This document shows, piece by piece, positions 46,489-56,802 of a DNA stretch of 64,000 bases. A model generated the notes under the pieces. That model made no database searches. It saw nothing but the letters and a program-made list of their open reading frames with translations, and had not been told where the DNA came from. Within the stretch, counting starts at the first letter, position 1. Every line of letters starts with the position of its first letter. The stretch is from the IMG/VR virus record IMGVR_UViG_3300020465_001196. The stretch is one strand, 5' to 3'. Made by a program: the position numbers and the translations under genes. The stretch is from a virus (lineage: Duplodnaviria > Caudoviricetes).

Positions 46489-46643
46489 TTTAACCTCTTA
46501 AATAAATCCAATATTGTTGTTTTTTCTTTTTCTTCTTTTTCAAGTCTTTGTATTCTATTAATAACTAAAAAAATTATAGTTCCGCCAATTAGAATTGCAA
46601 TTAGTCCTACTGCTAACATTCCAACACCGTGTGCAAGATCCAT
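46485..46643 (-). CDS. Single-TM peptide (52 aa)
   Basis: MDLAHGVGMLAVGLIAILIGGTIIFLVINR...; coupled. Confidence 0.55.
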   Translation of the reverse strand: MDLAHGVGMLAVGLIAILIGGTIIFLVINRIQRLEKEEKEKTTILDLFKRLK

Positions 46644-46750
46644 TACATTACTCCTGCGTGATTTGCCGACAGTACCATTCCAAATGTAAACATCAGAATA
46701 ATATAAATTATAGGCAAGTTATCTAAAATCCACCATTTAAATTTTTTCAT
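46643..46750 (-). CDS. Single-TM peptide (35 aa)
   Basis: MKKFKWWILDNLPIIYIILMFTFGMVLSANHAGVM; coupled. Confidence 0.55.
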   Translation of the reverse strand: MKKFKWWILDNLPIIYIILMFTFGMVLSANHAGVM

Positions 46751-46863
46751 TGTAAGTGCCCCCAATACATTCCAAGACCACCAAATACAATCCACGTTAA
46801 TATTGCGATGGCTTTAGCATTTTTATCTATAAACTTATCAAACTTTTTCTTAAATTTCTTCAT
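46747..46863 (-). CDS. Single-TM peptide (38 aa)
   Basis: MKKFKKKFDKFIDKNAKAIAILTWIVFGGLGMYWGHLQ; coupled to the ligase stop. Confidence 0.55.
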   Translation of the reverse strand: MKKFKKKFDKFIDKNAKAIAILTWIVFGGLGMYWGHLQ

Positions 46864-48191
46864 TACATTTTCTCCCCAATTTCAAAACCTCTAAATCTTA
46901 AGAATCTAGGAAACCTTAAACTCCATTCATTATCAGCTTCTTGATTTTTAGTAATAGCATCTGCTCTTACTTCTACAATTTGTCCAATAAGTTTATCTTT
47001 ACTAGCCCAAAACTCATCTCTGTTAGTATCACTTAACCCACTACCAACATTAACTCTAATAAACTTTCCATCATCTGTACCTTCACAAATTAATGCACCA
47101 AGTTTACCTGTGTTTCTACCTGTGCCTTCTTCTGTTGATTTAACTTCTAACGATACTTCAATAAATGGTTTTGCTTTTAACATAAAATGACTTCGCTTAC
47201 ATTCATATACTGCATCTCTATCTTTAATCATTATACCTTCAAAACCTTTGTCAATTGCCATGGCATTATAATCTTTAAATGTTTTCTGACCTTCTTCTGT
47301 ATCAAAATTGCATTCTACTTTATCTACTACAAACATATTACTATCTTCTTTTGTATCAGAAAGTAAATCTTGTAATTGCAAATGTCTATCCCAACAACCA
47401 AGTTCTGACTTACCTTGCATAAACTCTTTTAATGTTAATACATCAAATAGTGCAAACTTGGCATCTGTTGCTTCTACATTGTCTTTTCTGTGTACTTGTT
47501 TCATTAATGCTTGAAAAGAACTAGATACCATTTCACCATCTAGCACCATAGACTCTGTAAATTTACTTGCAAGTGTATCTACTATTTCTTTTTCAATATG
47601 ACCAAAGTTAATAAACTGCTTACCATTTCTTGAATACATTGTAACTGAATCTGCTTCAACATCATATATAGCAAGTACTCTAACACCATCTAGTTTATAG
47701 TCTAATAGTTTTTCACCAACTAGTTTCTTTTCATGATTAGCAGAATCATGTGCCAACATACATTTAAAAACAGGTATAGTATAATCTTTGTTTACTTTTT
47801 TAACAACATTATTAATTGTTTTTTCACTTACACCACAACGTAGGTCTTTAATAAGAATACGTCTATACCACTTGTTCCATTCAGAATCATGCGAAGTATC
47901 CATTGCTTCAATAATAGCATCTCTGGCCGCATGACCTGTAAGTTCACGTTTCATTAATTGATCAGTAAGATCACAAAATTCACCCCATGGTAAACCTCTA
48001 CCATCAGGACCACTTCTTTCAGGAACTTGCTTAACACCAAATGATACCATAGGATCAAGTGCTAATTTACAACCTTCAAAGAAATCAATATTTTCTTCTT
48101 CTGCTTCTCGTTTGATTACATCTTCTTTAAACAATCTTGAATTATTAGATTCAAGTTCTTCTATTACACTATATTGACTAGTATAACTCAT
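46863..48191 (-). CDS. ATP-dependent DNA ligase
   Basis: CMLA, DYKLDGVR (KxDG), SRNGK, LDGE, EGIMIKD, LRFPRF. Confidence 0.94.
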   Translation of the reverse strand: MSYTSQYSVIEELESNNSRLFKEDVIKREAEEENIDFFEGCKLALDPMVSFGVKQVPERSGPDGRGLPWGEFCDLTDQLMKRELTGHAARDAIIEAMDTSHDSEWNKWYRRILIKDLRCGVSEKTINNVVKKVNKDYTIPVFKCMLAHDSANHEKKLVGEKLLDYKLDGVRVLAIYDVEADSVTMYSRNGKQFINFGHIEKEIVDTLASKFTESMVLDGEMVSSSFQALMKQVHRKDNVEATDAKFALFDVLTLKEFMQGKSELGCWDRHLQLQDLLSDTKEDSNMFVVDKVECNFDTEEGQKTFKDYNAMAIDKGFEGIMIKDRDAVYECKRSHFMLKAKPFIEVSLEVKSTEEGTGRNTGKLGALICEGTDDGKFIRVNVGSGLSDTNRDEFWASKDKLIGQIVEVRADAITKNQEADNEWSLRFPRFLRFRGFEIGEKM

Positions 48192-48448
48192 ATAACACTC
48201 TCTTCCTTTCTTAACGGTGTCATAAATTTTGGACATCCGTCATCTGTACAATAATCTTCATTTGGCTTACATGATGCTTCTGCATTAAATTCTATTCCAG
48301 GTAATGAAACTGATATAGAATTAAATTTACTTTCTTCTATTACACATTCTTCATATGAGTCGTATGATGTGCTAAAAGAAAATTCTTTTGGCTCCATTGT
48401 GTCGGTTGGAATAATAGTAAACCAAATTGTCAACAACCATTCACCCAT
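48188..48448 (-). CDS. Hypothetical protein
   Basis: Coupled ORF. Confidence 0.5.
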   Translation of the reverse strand: MGEWLLTIWFTIIPTDTMEPKEFSFSTSYDSYEECVIEESKFNSISVSLPGIEFNAEASCKPNEDYCTDDGCPKFMTPLRKEESVI

Positions 48449-48696
48449 TATTTTTTCTCCATTGTAATATCAAATGCCCATTGATCCCAAGGTTCTGTAG
48501 TTGTTGCTTTTAGCAAATTCTTAACTACCTTGTAACCAGTAAACACTTGTAACGATTCTACAATAGTTTGTGCTATATCCTCATCAATATAATCACACCA
48601 CATAGTACCGTGTTCAAACCAAGGATTAATTTTTTGTTCATGTTCTATTGCAACATCATATTTTACTTGGTCCATTGCTATTTTTTCAAACGCCAT
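48448..48696 (-). CDS. Hypothetical protein
   Basis: Coupled ORF. Confidence 0.5.
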   Translation of the reverse strand: MAFEKIAMDQVKYDVAIEHEQKINPWFEHGTMWCDYIDEDIAQTIVESLQVFTGYKVVKNLLKATTTEPWDQWAFDITMEKK

Positions 48697-49379
48697 TATT
48701 TGCTCCCTTCTGTTAAAATTTTAAGTCTATTAACTATTGTTTCTTTACCATTAGTATATTTGTTAATTTGATGTCCTTTTACCCAACAACTAACTTGTAA
48801 ATTTGCACCAACTACAATACCGCCATTAGAAGGATTTTCAGATGAAAAAGATTTAATAATATTATTATTTTTATCTAAAAATGTTATAATATGTAAAGAA
48901 CCATCTTTTACAGGTCTTACCATATCAACAATAACATCAAAAATCATTCTTTTTCTTTGCTCTCCAACAAATGAGCTTTTTTCAGCTAATTTATTTTCAT
49001 GTTCTTTTCTTTTTTCTCTTTCAATTGATGAACTATAAGTATGTGGTAAAGATGCTAAAACACCAATTTGCATTGTTTTAACATTTTCACTTGCAATAAT
49101 ATCAAGAACTTTATCTTGAAAGTCATTACCATTGTCACCTAATCTAAGTAATAGTAAACTTTGATAATGTTCAATTTGTTCATCAGCTTTTTTAAGATCA
49201 GCTTTTGTATACTTTGGTGTAGTTGCCAAAGCCTCCATAACTCTATCTTTATTAGATTTACGTTCTCCATGAACTGCTTCAGTAGTTCTAACATATCCAA
49301 ACTTACGGAAAACATTATTTGCTACTGCTAGAGCAATTTTAGTATCATATGTAGGAACAATTTTTTTCATATCACTCAC
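48696..49379 (-). CDS. Hypothetical phage protein with possible C-terminal OB fold
   Basis: S.FVGE..KR...V, KGHQ......ET.VNR pattern. Confidence 0.6.
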   Translation of the reverse strand: MSDMKKIVPTYDTKIALAVANNVFRKFGYVRTTEAVHGERKSNKDRVMEALATTPKYTKADLKKADEQIEHYQSLLLLRLGDNGNDFQDKVLDIIASENVKTMQIGVLASLPHTYSSSIEREKRKEHENKLAEKSSFVGEQRKRMIFDVIVDMVRPVKDGSLHIITFLDKNNNIIKSFSSENPSNGGIVVGANLQVSCWVKGHQINKYTNGKETIVNRLKILTEGSK

Positions 49380-49569
49380 TAATGACCTCCCAGTTAATAT
49401 GTTTTGTGCTTAACTGTGGAAATATAGTTTTTAGCTCTTGTGTGTTAAAAAGTTTACCAGGTAAATCTGTATCTAATACATTTACAGTCTTTACTACTTT
49501 GTAAAGTGCTTCTTCTGGTTTATTAGAAAGACTTACGTTTTTAAATATAACTTTTGATGACATTTGCAT
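49372..49569 (-). CDS. Hypothetical protein
   Basis: GGAG RBS and sigma70 promoter upstream. Confidence 0.55.
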   Translation of the reverse strand: MQMSSKVIFKNVSLSNKPEEALYKVVKTVNVLDTDLPGKLFNTQELKTIFPQLSTKHINWEVISE

Positions 49570-49682
49570 CTTCTCCTGTTAATTTAGTTTATATTTTAAT
49601 ATAACATAGATCTAAGATCTGTCAACCAAAAAATACTAAAAAATTGGCCACTATATATAGTACTTTTTAATAAAATAGCCAC

Positions 49683-49690
49683 TATAAATA
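49683..49690 (+). promoter_or_regulatory. T4-type late promoter TATAAATA
   Basis: Exact T4 late consensus 5 nt before the ATG of the plus-strand radical SAM gene. Confidence 0.6.
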
Positions 49691-49695
49691 TTACT

Positions 49696-50709
49696 ATGCT
49701 TGTACAAGATCTTAAGAAAATAGAAGTAGAATTAACCACTAGATGTAATGCTAGATGCCCAGGGTGTGCTAGAACACTAAAAGGGGAAACAAACCCAGAT
49801 GTAGAACTGGCCGATATAACATTAGAAAATTATAAAAAAGTACTACACTCAAAAGAATATATACAAAACAAAGAAATTTTTTACTGCGGTGTTTTAGGTG
49901 ATCCAATAGTAAACAAAGAATTTAAAGAAATATGTGAATACACATTATCTATGAATCCTAAAATTTTAATTGTTTCTACTAATGGTGGTTTACGTTCAAA
50001 AGAATATTGGTCAGAACTAGGAGCAATAAGCAAAAAAGATCCAAAGTTAGATATACGTTTTTGTGTAGATGGTTTTGCTGATACTAATCACTTATATCGA
50101 GTTGGTGTTAATTGGGATAGGCTTGTAGAAAATATGACTGCATATTCAGAAGCAGGGGGAAAAGGACAATGGGTTTATAATCCTTTTGATCATAATATTA
50201 ATGATATAGAAAAAGCAAAACAACTATCTGCTAAACTTGGTTTTAAATTTACACTACGTTATTCTATGAAACAAGAAAGTACACACAAAGTTGTTAATAA
50301 AAAAACTAAAGAAGTTATAAACAACGTATCGTTAACAAATACAAAATATCAACATCCAGAATTAAAAAAACAAATAGAACAAAAAGAAGAAATTAAAAAT
50401 TTAAATATTAAATGTAAACTTGTACATGAAGGTGAAATATATTTTGGTGCTAATGGGCAAATTTGGCCTTGTTGTTATTTGTATGATAACAATTGGTATA
50501 AACGTGATGATATGTTAGAAAAGTTTTCTAAATATAATTCTAATTGGAATAATTCTTTTAATCATGACATTCAAGATATATTAGATCATGAATGGTTTTC
50601 ACAAATACTAAAAGATAGCTGGAATGAAAACCATCCTATGTTTTTATCAAGATGTCAAAAAAGTTGTTCTCACTTTGGTAAGAAACAACATACATTTGCT
50701 CAAATTTAA
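49696..50709 (+). CDS. Radical SAM protein with C-terminal twitch/SPASM-like Cys
   Basis: CNARCPGC, CGVLGDP, STNGG, CVDG; CKL...WPCC...CQKSC. Confidence 0.88.
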   Translation: MLVQDLKKIEVELTTRCNARCPGCARTLKGETNPDVELADITLENYKKVLHSKEYIQNKEIFYCGVLGDPIVNKEFKEICEYTLSMNPKILIVSTNGGLRSKEYWSELGAISKKDPKLDIRFCVDGFADTNHLYRVGVNWDRLVENMTAYSEAGGKGQWVYNPFDHNINDIEKAKQLSAKLGFKFTLRYSMKQESTHKVVNKKTKEVINNVSLTNTKYQHPELKKQIEQKEEIKNLNIKCKLVHEGEIYFGANGQIWPCCYLYDNNWYKRDDMLEKFSKYNSNWNNSFNHDIQDILDHEWFSQILKDSWNENHPMFLSRCQKSCSHFGKKQHTFAQI

Positions 50710-51101
50710 TTGGCTAACGGATTTGTTGCTTTTAATCTTACTTGTTCAATTTTTTGATCTTGTAATTCATTTACTTTTGATTGGATCTCAATATCTTTAG
50801 TTGCTTTTAAGATTGTATCTTTTAATGCACTAATGTCTGCCTGGATTGCACCAATATCTGTTTCAGATTCATTTTCAAGTTTTTCTTCAATTGCTTTAAT
50901 TCTATCAATTGTTTCAACTCTAATATTTGCAATCTTATCATTTACATCAGTAAGGTCTACAGTTTCATTAACAACAAAATCTTTATTTTCAATTGCTGAT
51001 AATCTTGTGTTAAACTCGCCCCATGCATAAAATCCACCACCTATTGCACCAATAACACCAATCAAAGATGCCCATTGTGTAAGTTTATTAATTACGTTCA
51101 T
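50706..51101 (-). CDS. Membrane-anchored coiled-coil protein
   Basis: N-terminal TM ASLIGVIGAIGGGFYAW, heptad pattern. Confidence 0.65.
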   Translation of the reverse strand: MNVINKLTQWASLIGVIGAIGGGFYAWGEFNTRLSAIENKDFVVNETVDLTDVNDKIANIRVETIDRIKAIEEKLENESETDIGAIQADISALKDTILKATKDIEIQSKVNELQDQKIEQVRLKATNPLAN

Positions 51102-52959
51102 TTCTAAGTACCTCTATTTCGGCTTCAAGCCTACTAATTTTATCATTTACTATATTTAGTTCTTGTTGATGCTGTGCTATAGGATCATTGCCCGTATATG
51201 CTGTTAGTGTAACATCTTGGTATATTGATCTACCGTAAGCATCTAATATGGTATCTTCTGCATACCAATCTGGATTATCTGGAATTTTTCTTGAATCATA
51301 AAACTGTTGATTTGTATATTCTGACATATCTGGTTGTTCTTCAATCATTGCTTGTTGTGTTACTAGCGATACAACTTTTAATTTTTGATCAATAGTTTTT
51401 AATTTTGATTCTAACTTTTTAATAATTCTATCAACTTTTTTAGCTATTTCACTAACTTCAGATTCTATACTATCGGTATCAACACTTGTATCTGCACCAT
51501 CTTGTTCATCAGCGGATGCTTCCTCGTTACCGTCCTCCACTGACTCTTCCTCATTACCAGTGGACTCTTCTTGTTCAGTTGTTTCACCCTCTTCATTTTC
51601 GCTAGACTCGGTTTCACTCTCTGTGCTTTCAGTTTCCGTTTCTGACGGTTCAGACTCTGTTGATGTTTCAGTACTAGGTTCATTTTCAGTTGGTTCCGTT
51701 TCTGTAGTTGGTTCTGATTCTGTTTCAACTGTTTCTTCACTAGTATTTACTGTTTCTGTTTCTGTTGTAGGTTCTTCTTCTACTACTGAACTTTCTTCAA
51801 CTGGTGCTTCTTCTTCAACTGTTGGTTCTTCTACAGTAGGTTCTGATTCTGTAGGAGTTGAAAATTCTTCTGTTATCATTTCTGTTACTGATTCAAAAAA
51901 CTGTTCTTCTGTAATACCTTCTTCAACTAATGCTTCTTCAAACGTTTCTTGTAAACCTTCTTCTTCAAGTAATGCTGTAAAGTTTTCTTCAAATGATTCT
52001 TGAAATGCTTGTTCTTCAATCTCTACTGTAGGTTCTTCTATTGTAGGTTCCACTACTTCAACTGTGGGTTCTTCAATAGCAATTTCTTCAACACCTTCCA
52101 CTATTTCTTCTACAGGAATGTTTTCAATAATGTTTTCCACTTCTTCAATGGTTTCTTCTGCTTCTTCAATTTCTTCCTGTGTTTCTTCTGATATAGGTGG
52201 TGTTGGTGAATAGTCTATATCTGCCAGCGTCATTTCCAATGCCGCACCTATTAAATTTGGTCCTTGTAGGCTACTAGTGTTACTTGAATTATTGCCATCT
52301 GTACCTGTCCATTGCCAGTCAAAGTTTCTAGAACCTTCTCCTGTGTAGGTCACTGTGTCTTCGTGTATGGCTGTGTTATTATAGTAACCAGCGTCTGTGT
52401 TCCTCTGTTGTTCCACTGTGGCTAACACATTACCACTGGCATCTTTGATCTGTACTCTTACTGTGAATGTGTCTCTTGAGCCAGCAGATGATCCACATCT
52501 ATAACTTGATCCTGTCCATTCACAGTTCTGCGTTTCTGTTGTTGACTTTAGTGTGACACCACCATCTAGCATATCTGCTGTGGTTGTAGTTGTTCCACCG
52601 TTTTGTTTTGTTACTGTGATGTTTTCTAGTGATCCTGAATCACCTACTGTTATGTTACCATTTGCTTCTATATCATTAGTACCAGTGGCACCCCATTCTT
52701 TACCTGTACCTGATCTTACATCAAACCCTTGATTGGTTGTGTCACCTTGTCCGAAACCACTTGAACTGCCTTGACCTGTACAACCTGCACCTGCAGGTCC
52801 ATTACCACTTGCTCTGACGTTTGTACAGGCTTGGTTGCCTGTGTTAGGTAGCAAGTTATCTGATGTGGCTGTTTCCGCATAAACGTCTGTGTTTTGCACA
52901 AAGGCTTGAATAGCCATCAGTGCTAATACAAAGTACAAGGATCTGAGCCAAGTGCTCAT
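51088..52959 (-). CDS. Secreted protein with beta-rich N-domain and long Glu/Thr/Pro-rich acidic linker
   Basis: Signal-peptide-like start MSTWLRSL; EEPTVE-type repeats. Confidence 0.7.
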   Translation of the reverse strand: MSTWLRSLYFVLALMAIQAFVQNTDVYAETATSDNLLPNTGNQACTNVRASGNGPAGAGCTGQGSSSGFGQGDTTNQGFDVRSGTGKEWGATGTNDIEANGNITVGDSGSLENITVTKQNGGTTTTTADMLDGGVTLKSTTETQNCEWTGSSYRCGSSAGSRDTFTVRVQIKDASGNVLATVEQQRNTDAGYYNNTAIHEDTVTYTGEGSRNFDWQWTGTDGNNSSNTSSLQGPNLIGAALEMTLADIDYSPTPPISEETQEEIEEAEETIEEVENIIENIPVEEIVEGVEEIAIEEPTVEVVEPTIEEPTVEIEEQAFQESFEENFTALLEEEGLQETFEEALVEEGITEEQFFESVTEMITEEFSTPTESEPTVEEPTVEEEAPVEESSVVEEEPTTETETVNTSEETVETESEPTTETEPTENEPSTETSTESEPSETETESTESETESSENEEGETTEQEESTGNEEESVEDGNEEASADEQDGADTSVDTDSIESEVSEIAKKVDRIIKKLESKLKTIDQKLKVVSLVTQQAMIEEQPDMSEYTNQQFYDSRKIPDNPDWYAEDTILDAYGRSIYQDVTLTAYTGNDPIAQHQQELNIVNDKISRLEAEIEVLRNERN

Positions 52960-52960
52960 T

Positions 52961-54025
52961 TTATTTCCCTGAAGTGTTAAATTCTTCTTCTTCAACCTCT
53001 TCAACTATTACTGGCTTTGGTAAAGGAATAATAATTGCTTCTTCTGGTCCATTGTTATTGTTAGCTGGTTCTTCTGGAATTGGAGTTTCTTCTGCTTTAA
53101 GATTTGTAGTCATGCTTTCATGTACATTTATTGATGTACTTTGTTTCTTTTCTTCAAATCCTTCAACAGGTTCTAATTTTTCAACTTTTACTGGTTCTGG
53201 CAACAATGATTCTGCTTCTTCTGCCTTTGCTTTAGCTTCTTCAAGTTCTTTCATTGCTTCTTCTGCCAATCTTAATTTTTCTTCAGCTTCTTTAAGTAAT
53301 TTTGCTTGAGTCTTTTGTAGTTTCTTAATATCTTTTTCAAGATTTTTGTTTTCTTTAACAACTTGTTTGATATTAGTTTTTAATGACTCGTTTTCTTCAA
53401 GTATACCGTCGTCTTTCATAATACGTTCATCAATTTTTAAACGATCATCCATTTTTTCAACATACTTGTCGTAATCTGGTCTTTCAATATCGTACTTGTC
53501 CCATTGTGCTTTTGCGTCTTTACCAATTTTACCTTCAAATGGACATGGTGTACCTGCTTGTTCCATTGCTTCAAATACACGTGGATCTTGACAGAGTATA
53601 GCAACTGCGGCAACTTTCATACCATAGTCGTTCAATAGTTTTGAAAGTTTCATACGTTCACAATTCATATCTCTTGCTGTACCGCCACCTGATAAACCTA
53701 CGCCAGGCAATTGTACACCACCTGATCTACCAACTGCACAAACATCTTGCGAATAAGCACTCATACTTGGAGCGCCTGCACTTGGAACTGGTATTGTTGA
53801 TTTGTTGTTTGTTGTATTAGTTGTGTCGTTGTTAGTTGTAGTGTTGCTTGACGAACCCGATGAATATGTTGTTGTACTTTCAGACGCATAACCACCTGAA
53901 ATAGTAGTGTTTGACCCTGACGTATTTGTTTGTGTATTTGTAGTTGCTCCTGAGTTTGTAACATCAGCCAATGCTGGAGCCACACCCAAGAGTACCATTA
54001 CTGCAATAATTTTTAATAATTTCAT
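52961..54025 (-). CDS. Secreted protein with Thr/Asn-rich N-terminus, Cys-rich core and coiled coil
   Basis: Signal peptide; QDVCAVG, DMNCERMKLSK, AVAILCQDPRV, GTPCPFEGKIG. Confidence 0.7.
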   Translation of the reverse strand: MKLLKIIAVMVLLGVAPALADVTNSGATTNTQTNTSGSNTTISGGYASESTTTYSSGSSSNTTTNNDTTNTTNNKSTIPVPSAGAPSMSAYSQDVCAVGRSGGVQLPGVGLSGGGTARDMNCERMKLSKLLNDYGMKVAAVAILCQDPRVFEAMEQAGTPCPFEGKIGKDAKAQWDKYDIERPDYDKYVEKMDDRLKIDERIMKDDGILEENESLKTNIKQVVKENKNLEKDIKKLQKTQAKLLKEAEEKLRLAEEAMKELEEAKAKAEEAESLLPEPVKVEKLEPVEGFEEKKQSTSINVHESMTTNLKAEETPIPEEPANNNNGPEEAIIIPLPKPVIVEEVEEEEFNTSGK

Positions 54026-54123
54026 GAACTAGTTCTACCTTATTCTCTGCTACTATTATTTACAAATTTTTTGCAAAAAATTAAGTATGTACTTTATAAG
54101 GTAAAAACTAAAATGTGCACCAA

Positions 54124-56742
54124 CTATTCTCTAAAATCTTCTTCTTTATAGTCTGTGAAGCTCATATAATTTTCTACTTTATCATATATTCTTGTTTCAC
54201 AAGTATGACACCAAAAACCAGGGTTTGATGGTAAATCAATACAAACAACATCCTTGTTACAATTATCACATTTCATAATAGTAAGTGGACTAATGCTCTC
54301 TGCCATTTTAAATAGTGTGCTGTGGTTATTTCTGTATGGTTTAATATATTCTAATTTTTCTGCAAGTTCTGGAAAATCAGAATGTACATATTCTACACCT
54401 TTATCTTTTTGTATATATGAAAGTAATTCAGCTGAATCTTCTTCAGTTGGCTCATAGTAGTTTACATTATTACCACTAATTTTTCCTATATCTGTTTTTA
54501 AAGCATCGTCTATTGAAATAGAATACTGCTGAACGTTGCTGTCATTAAATATATGGCCACCATTACATACTATAACATCAGTATACCCTAACTTTTTTAA
54601 TAATTGTAGTGTACTTTTTATGTTTGATGTTGCTACTATATTTTTAATATTTTGCTCTTGTGCATTTTGTAATGATGCTATTGAAAACCAATCAGTTATT
54701 TTTGTATGAACTTTGTTAAATGCTTTATTCCACACAACATAACAAGTGGTATTATTTCTTTCATAGTTAAAAATTCTTTTTGTTTTTTGAAACTCTAGTT
54801 CTATTGTCCATCTTACTAACAATGACTTCCTACTAACTCCCATTGTTGGCTTATGCCAAGAGTTATTATTTGATTGCATTATGTAACCTTGATTTGGTAA
54901 AAACTTTTTATGATACAATGTTTCACCACTATTACTTACAAATTGTGTTCCGTAATTTTCAATACTATTATCTTGTGGCAAGTATATTTGTAATGTAAAT
55001 GTTGATAACGTAAATTTTTGATCAGAATGAATGTTATCAATTTGATGAGGATACTCTGTATGAAACGTTATTGATTGGGGCATACATTTTAAAATTTGAG
55101 ATGGGTCTTTTTTATAACCAAATATTTTTAATATTTCTCTTTTCATTATATCTGTATTAAAATATTTCCACATATTACCATAAAAGTTATCATCTTCATG
55201 TTTTTCAAACTGATCAAACGTAATTATGGAAGGTTCAACTCCATCGATTGGATATTCTTTTTTAGTCCATTCATGTGCATCAATTACATCTTGTGCTATT
55301 TTTTTATAATCATCGTCATTAAAAAAATTAGACAAATGAAATGCTGAAACTTTTCCCGTTGTTTCATTTATTGGTTTGAGGTTTTCTAATTTACAATCTA
55401 AATAGGCAAACTGATCACCGTAAGGTGCCCATGTTACACTTTTTATTGCTTTTTGGTATTGCTCTAAGGTTGTTTTTGTTTGATGTTTTTTAATATATTC
55501 TAATTTAGGAAAATCATCAATATTATTTGAATTATATAAACAACTAGAAACTATTTTGTCTTCATCAACTTCTGGATGATAATAGTTTCTTGGTAACCAC
55601 ATATCTTCTATACTAATATGCCTTCCAATAAACCTTTCAAAAAATCCACCATCGCCATGTGCATCATCAATATCAAGTTCATCTAATTTATCTAAATTAA
55701 TAATTACACATTGCCTTAAAAATTGATCTTCATCAGGTAATCCTGCTATAACTTTATCTTTCATATCTAAATTTACAGCATATTCATATACTTCTTTATT
55801 TTTCCATTCAAATCCTCCAAAGAATATAAATGCTTTTTTGAATCCATATGAATATTTGAATATTTTTAAAGCATACAAATCCCATTTAAATGGTTTGTTT
55901 ATTACTGATATATTTTCAAATCCTAAATCTATACAATTATGAAACGTCATATTAGCAAACCAATCAGTAATTTTTAAAAAGACTTCCATGTCTTTATTCC
56001 ATATTATACAACAAGTATCGTTTTGTCTGTTTCTATTAAAAACTAATGGTTGGTTTTCATTTTCATAAAATTCATGGCCGTCAACCCATCCATATTGATC
56101 TGTTTTGTATACGTCAAATGGAACACTATATCTAACTACTATTGATTTTCTAAAAACACCATTTATTGATTTATGCCAAGCATTATTATTTGACAGCATT
56201 AGGTATCCACTATTTGGAATAAAGTCTGTTTTGTAAATTTTTTCATTTTTACTATTATAGAACTGTGTTCCGTATTCTTTAATAGAATCATCATCTGGAA
56301 GATATATTTGTAATGTTACTGTAAAAAGATTATTTTTTTGATCACTGTGTATATTATCTGACTGATGTGAATAATCAGTATGCAAAGTAGTTGTTGGCAT
56401 AACAAAGTTTACTAATTTTTCAGCTTCTTGATCAGTAAATTTTAATGTTGTTAAAACTGTTTTAATTGTGTTGTGGGTTTTAAAAAATTTAATTAGCTCA
56501 TAATAAAAATGTTTACTATCTATTACATCTGTACGTATATCATTTAAAGATATAACAGTTGGCTCTTTTCCATCATGTGGAGAATCTTTTTCTTCGTACT
56601 CCTTAAAAGTTTCAGTTTCTTTAGATAACTTATTATAGTGTTCTTGTGTAAAAAAATTATCAAGTGTATGTAAGTCAACTGTACTTTTTAAAGTTTCGTT
56701 GTACTGGCCGTTTTTTATTTTTTCTAAAAGGTACTCAAACAT
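54124..56742 (-). CDS. Tandemly duplicated 2OG-Fe(II) oxygenase-like protein
   Basis: Two copies of DNIHSDQK..TLQIYLP.D.SI..YGTQF...F.PN.GY.M.SNNN.WH; C-terminal CxxC...CxxC. Confidence 0.7.
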   Translation of the reverse strand: MFEYLLEKIKNGQYNETLKSTVDLHTLDNFFTQEHYNKLSKETETFKEYEEKDSPHDGKEPTVISLNDIRTDVIDSKHFYYELIKFFKTHNTIKTVLTTLKFTDQEAEKLVNFVMPTTTLHTDYSHQSDNIHSDQKNNLFTVTLQIYLPDDDSIKEYGTQFYNSKNEKIYKTDFIPNSGYLMLSNNNAWHKSINGVFRKSIVVRYSVPFDVYKTDQYGWVDGHEFYENENQPLVFNRNRQNDTCCIIWNKDMEVFLKITDWFANMTFHNCIDLGFENISVINKPFKWDLYALKIFKYSYGFKKAFIFFGGFEWKNKEVYEYAVNLDMKDKVIAGLPDEDQFLRQCVIINLDKLDELDIDDAHGDGGFFERFIGRHISIEDMWLPRNYYHPEVDEDKIVSSCLYNSNNIDDFPKLEYIKKHQTKTTLEQYQKAIKSVTWAPYGDQFAYLDCKLENLKPINETTGKVSAFHLSNFFNDDDYKKIAQDVIDAHEWTKKEYPIDGVEPSIITFDQFEKHEDDNFYGNMWKYFNTDIMKREILKIFGYKKDPSQILKCMPQSITFHTEYPHQIDNIHSDQKFTLSTFTLQIYLPQDNSIENYGTQFVSNSGETLYHKKFLPNQGYIMQSNNNSWHKPTMGVSRKSLLVRWTIELEFQKTKRIFNYERNNTTCYVVWNKAFNKVHTKITDWFSIASLQNAQEQNIKNIVATSNIKSTLQLLKKLGYTDVIVCNGGHIFNDSNVQQYSISIDDALKTDIGKISGNNVNYYEPTEEDSAELLSYIQKDKGVEYVHSDFPELAEKLEYIKPYRNNHSTLFKMAESISPLTIMKCDNCNKDVVCIDLPSNPGFWCHTCETRIYDKVENYMSFTDYKEEDFRE

Positions 56743-56802
56743 TGTTCTTCCTTATTATCTTATTATATATATACTTATCAGATAAATCAACGAAAGAATT
56801 TT

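Noticed and set aside
51465-52200. Repetitive GAA/ACA-rich DNA and overlapping antisense ORFs
   Set aside because: Low-complexity Glu/Thr/Pro coding linker, not a CRISPR array or tandem repeat element
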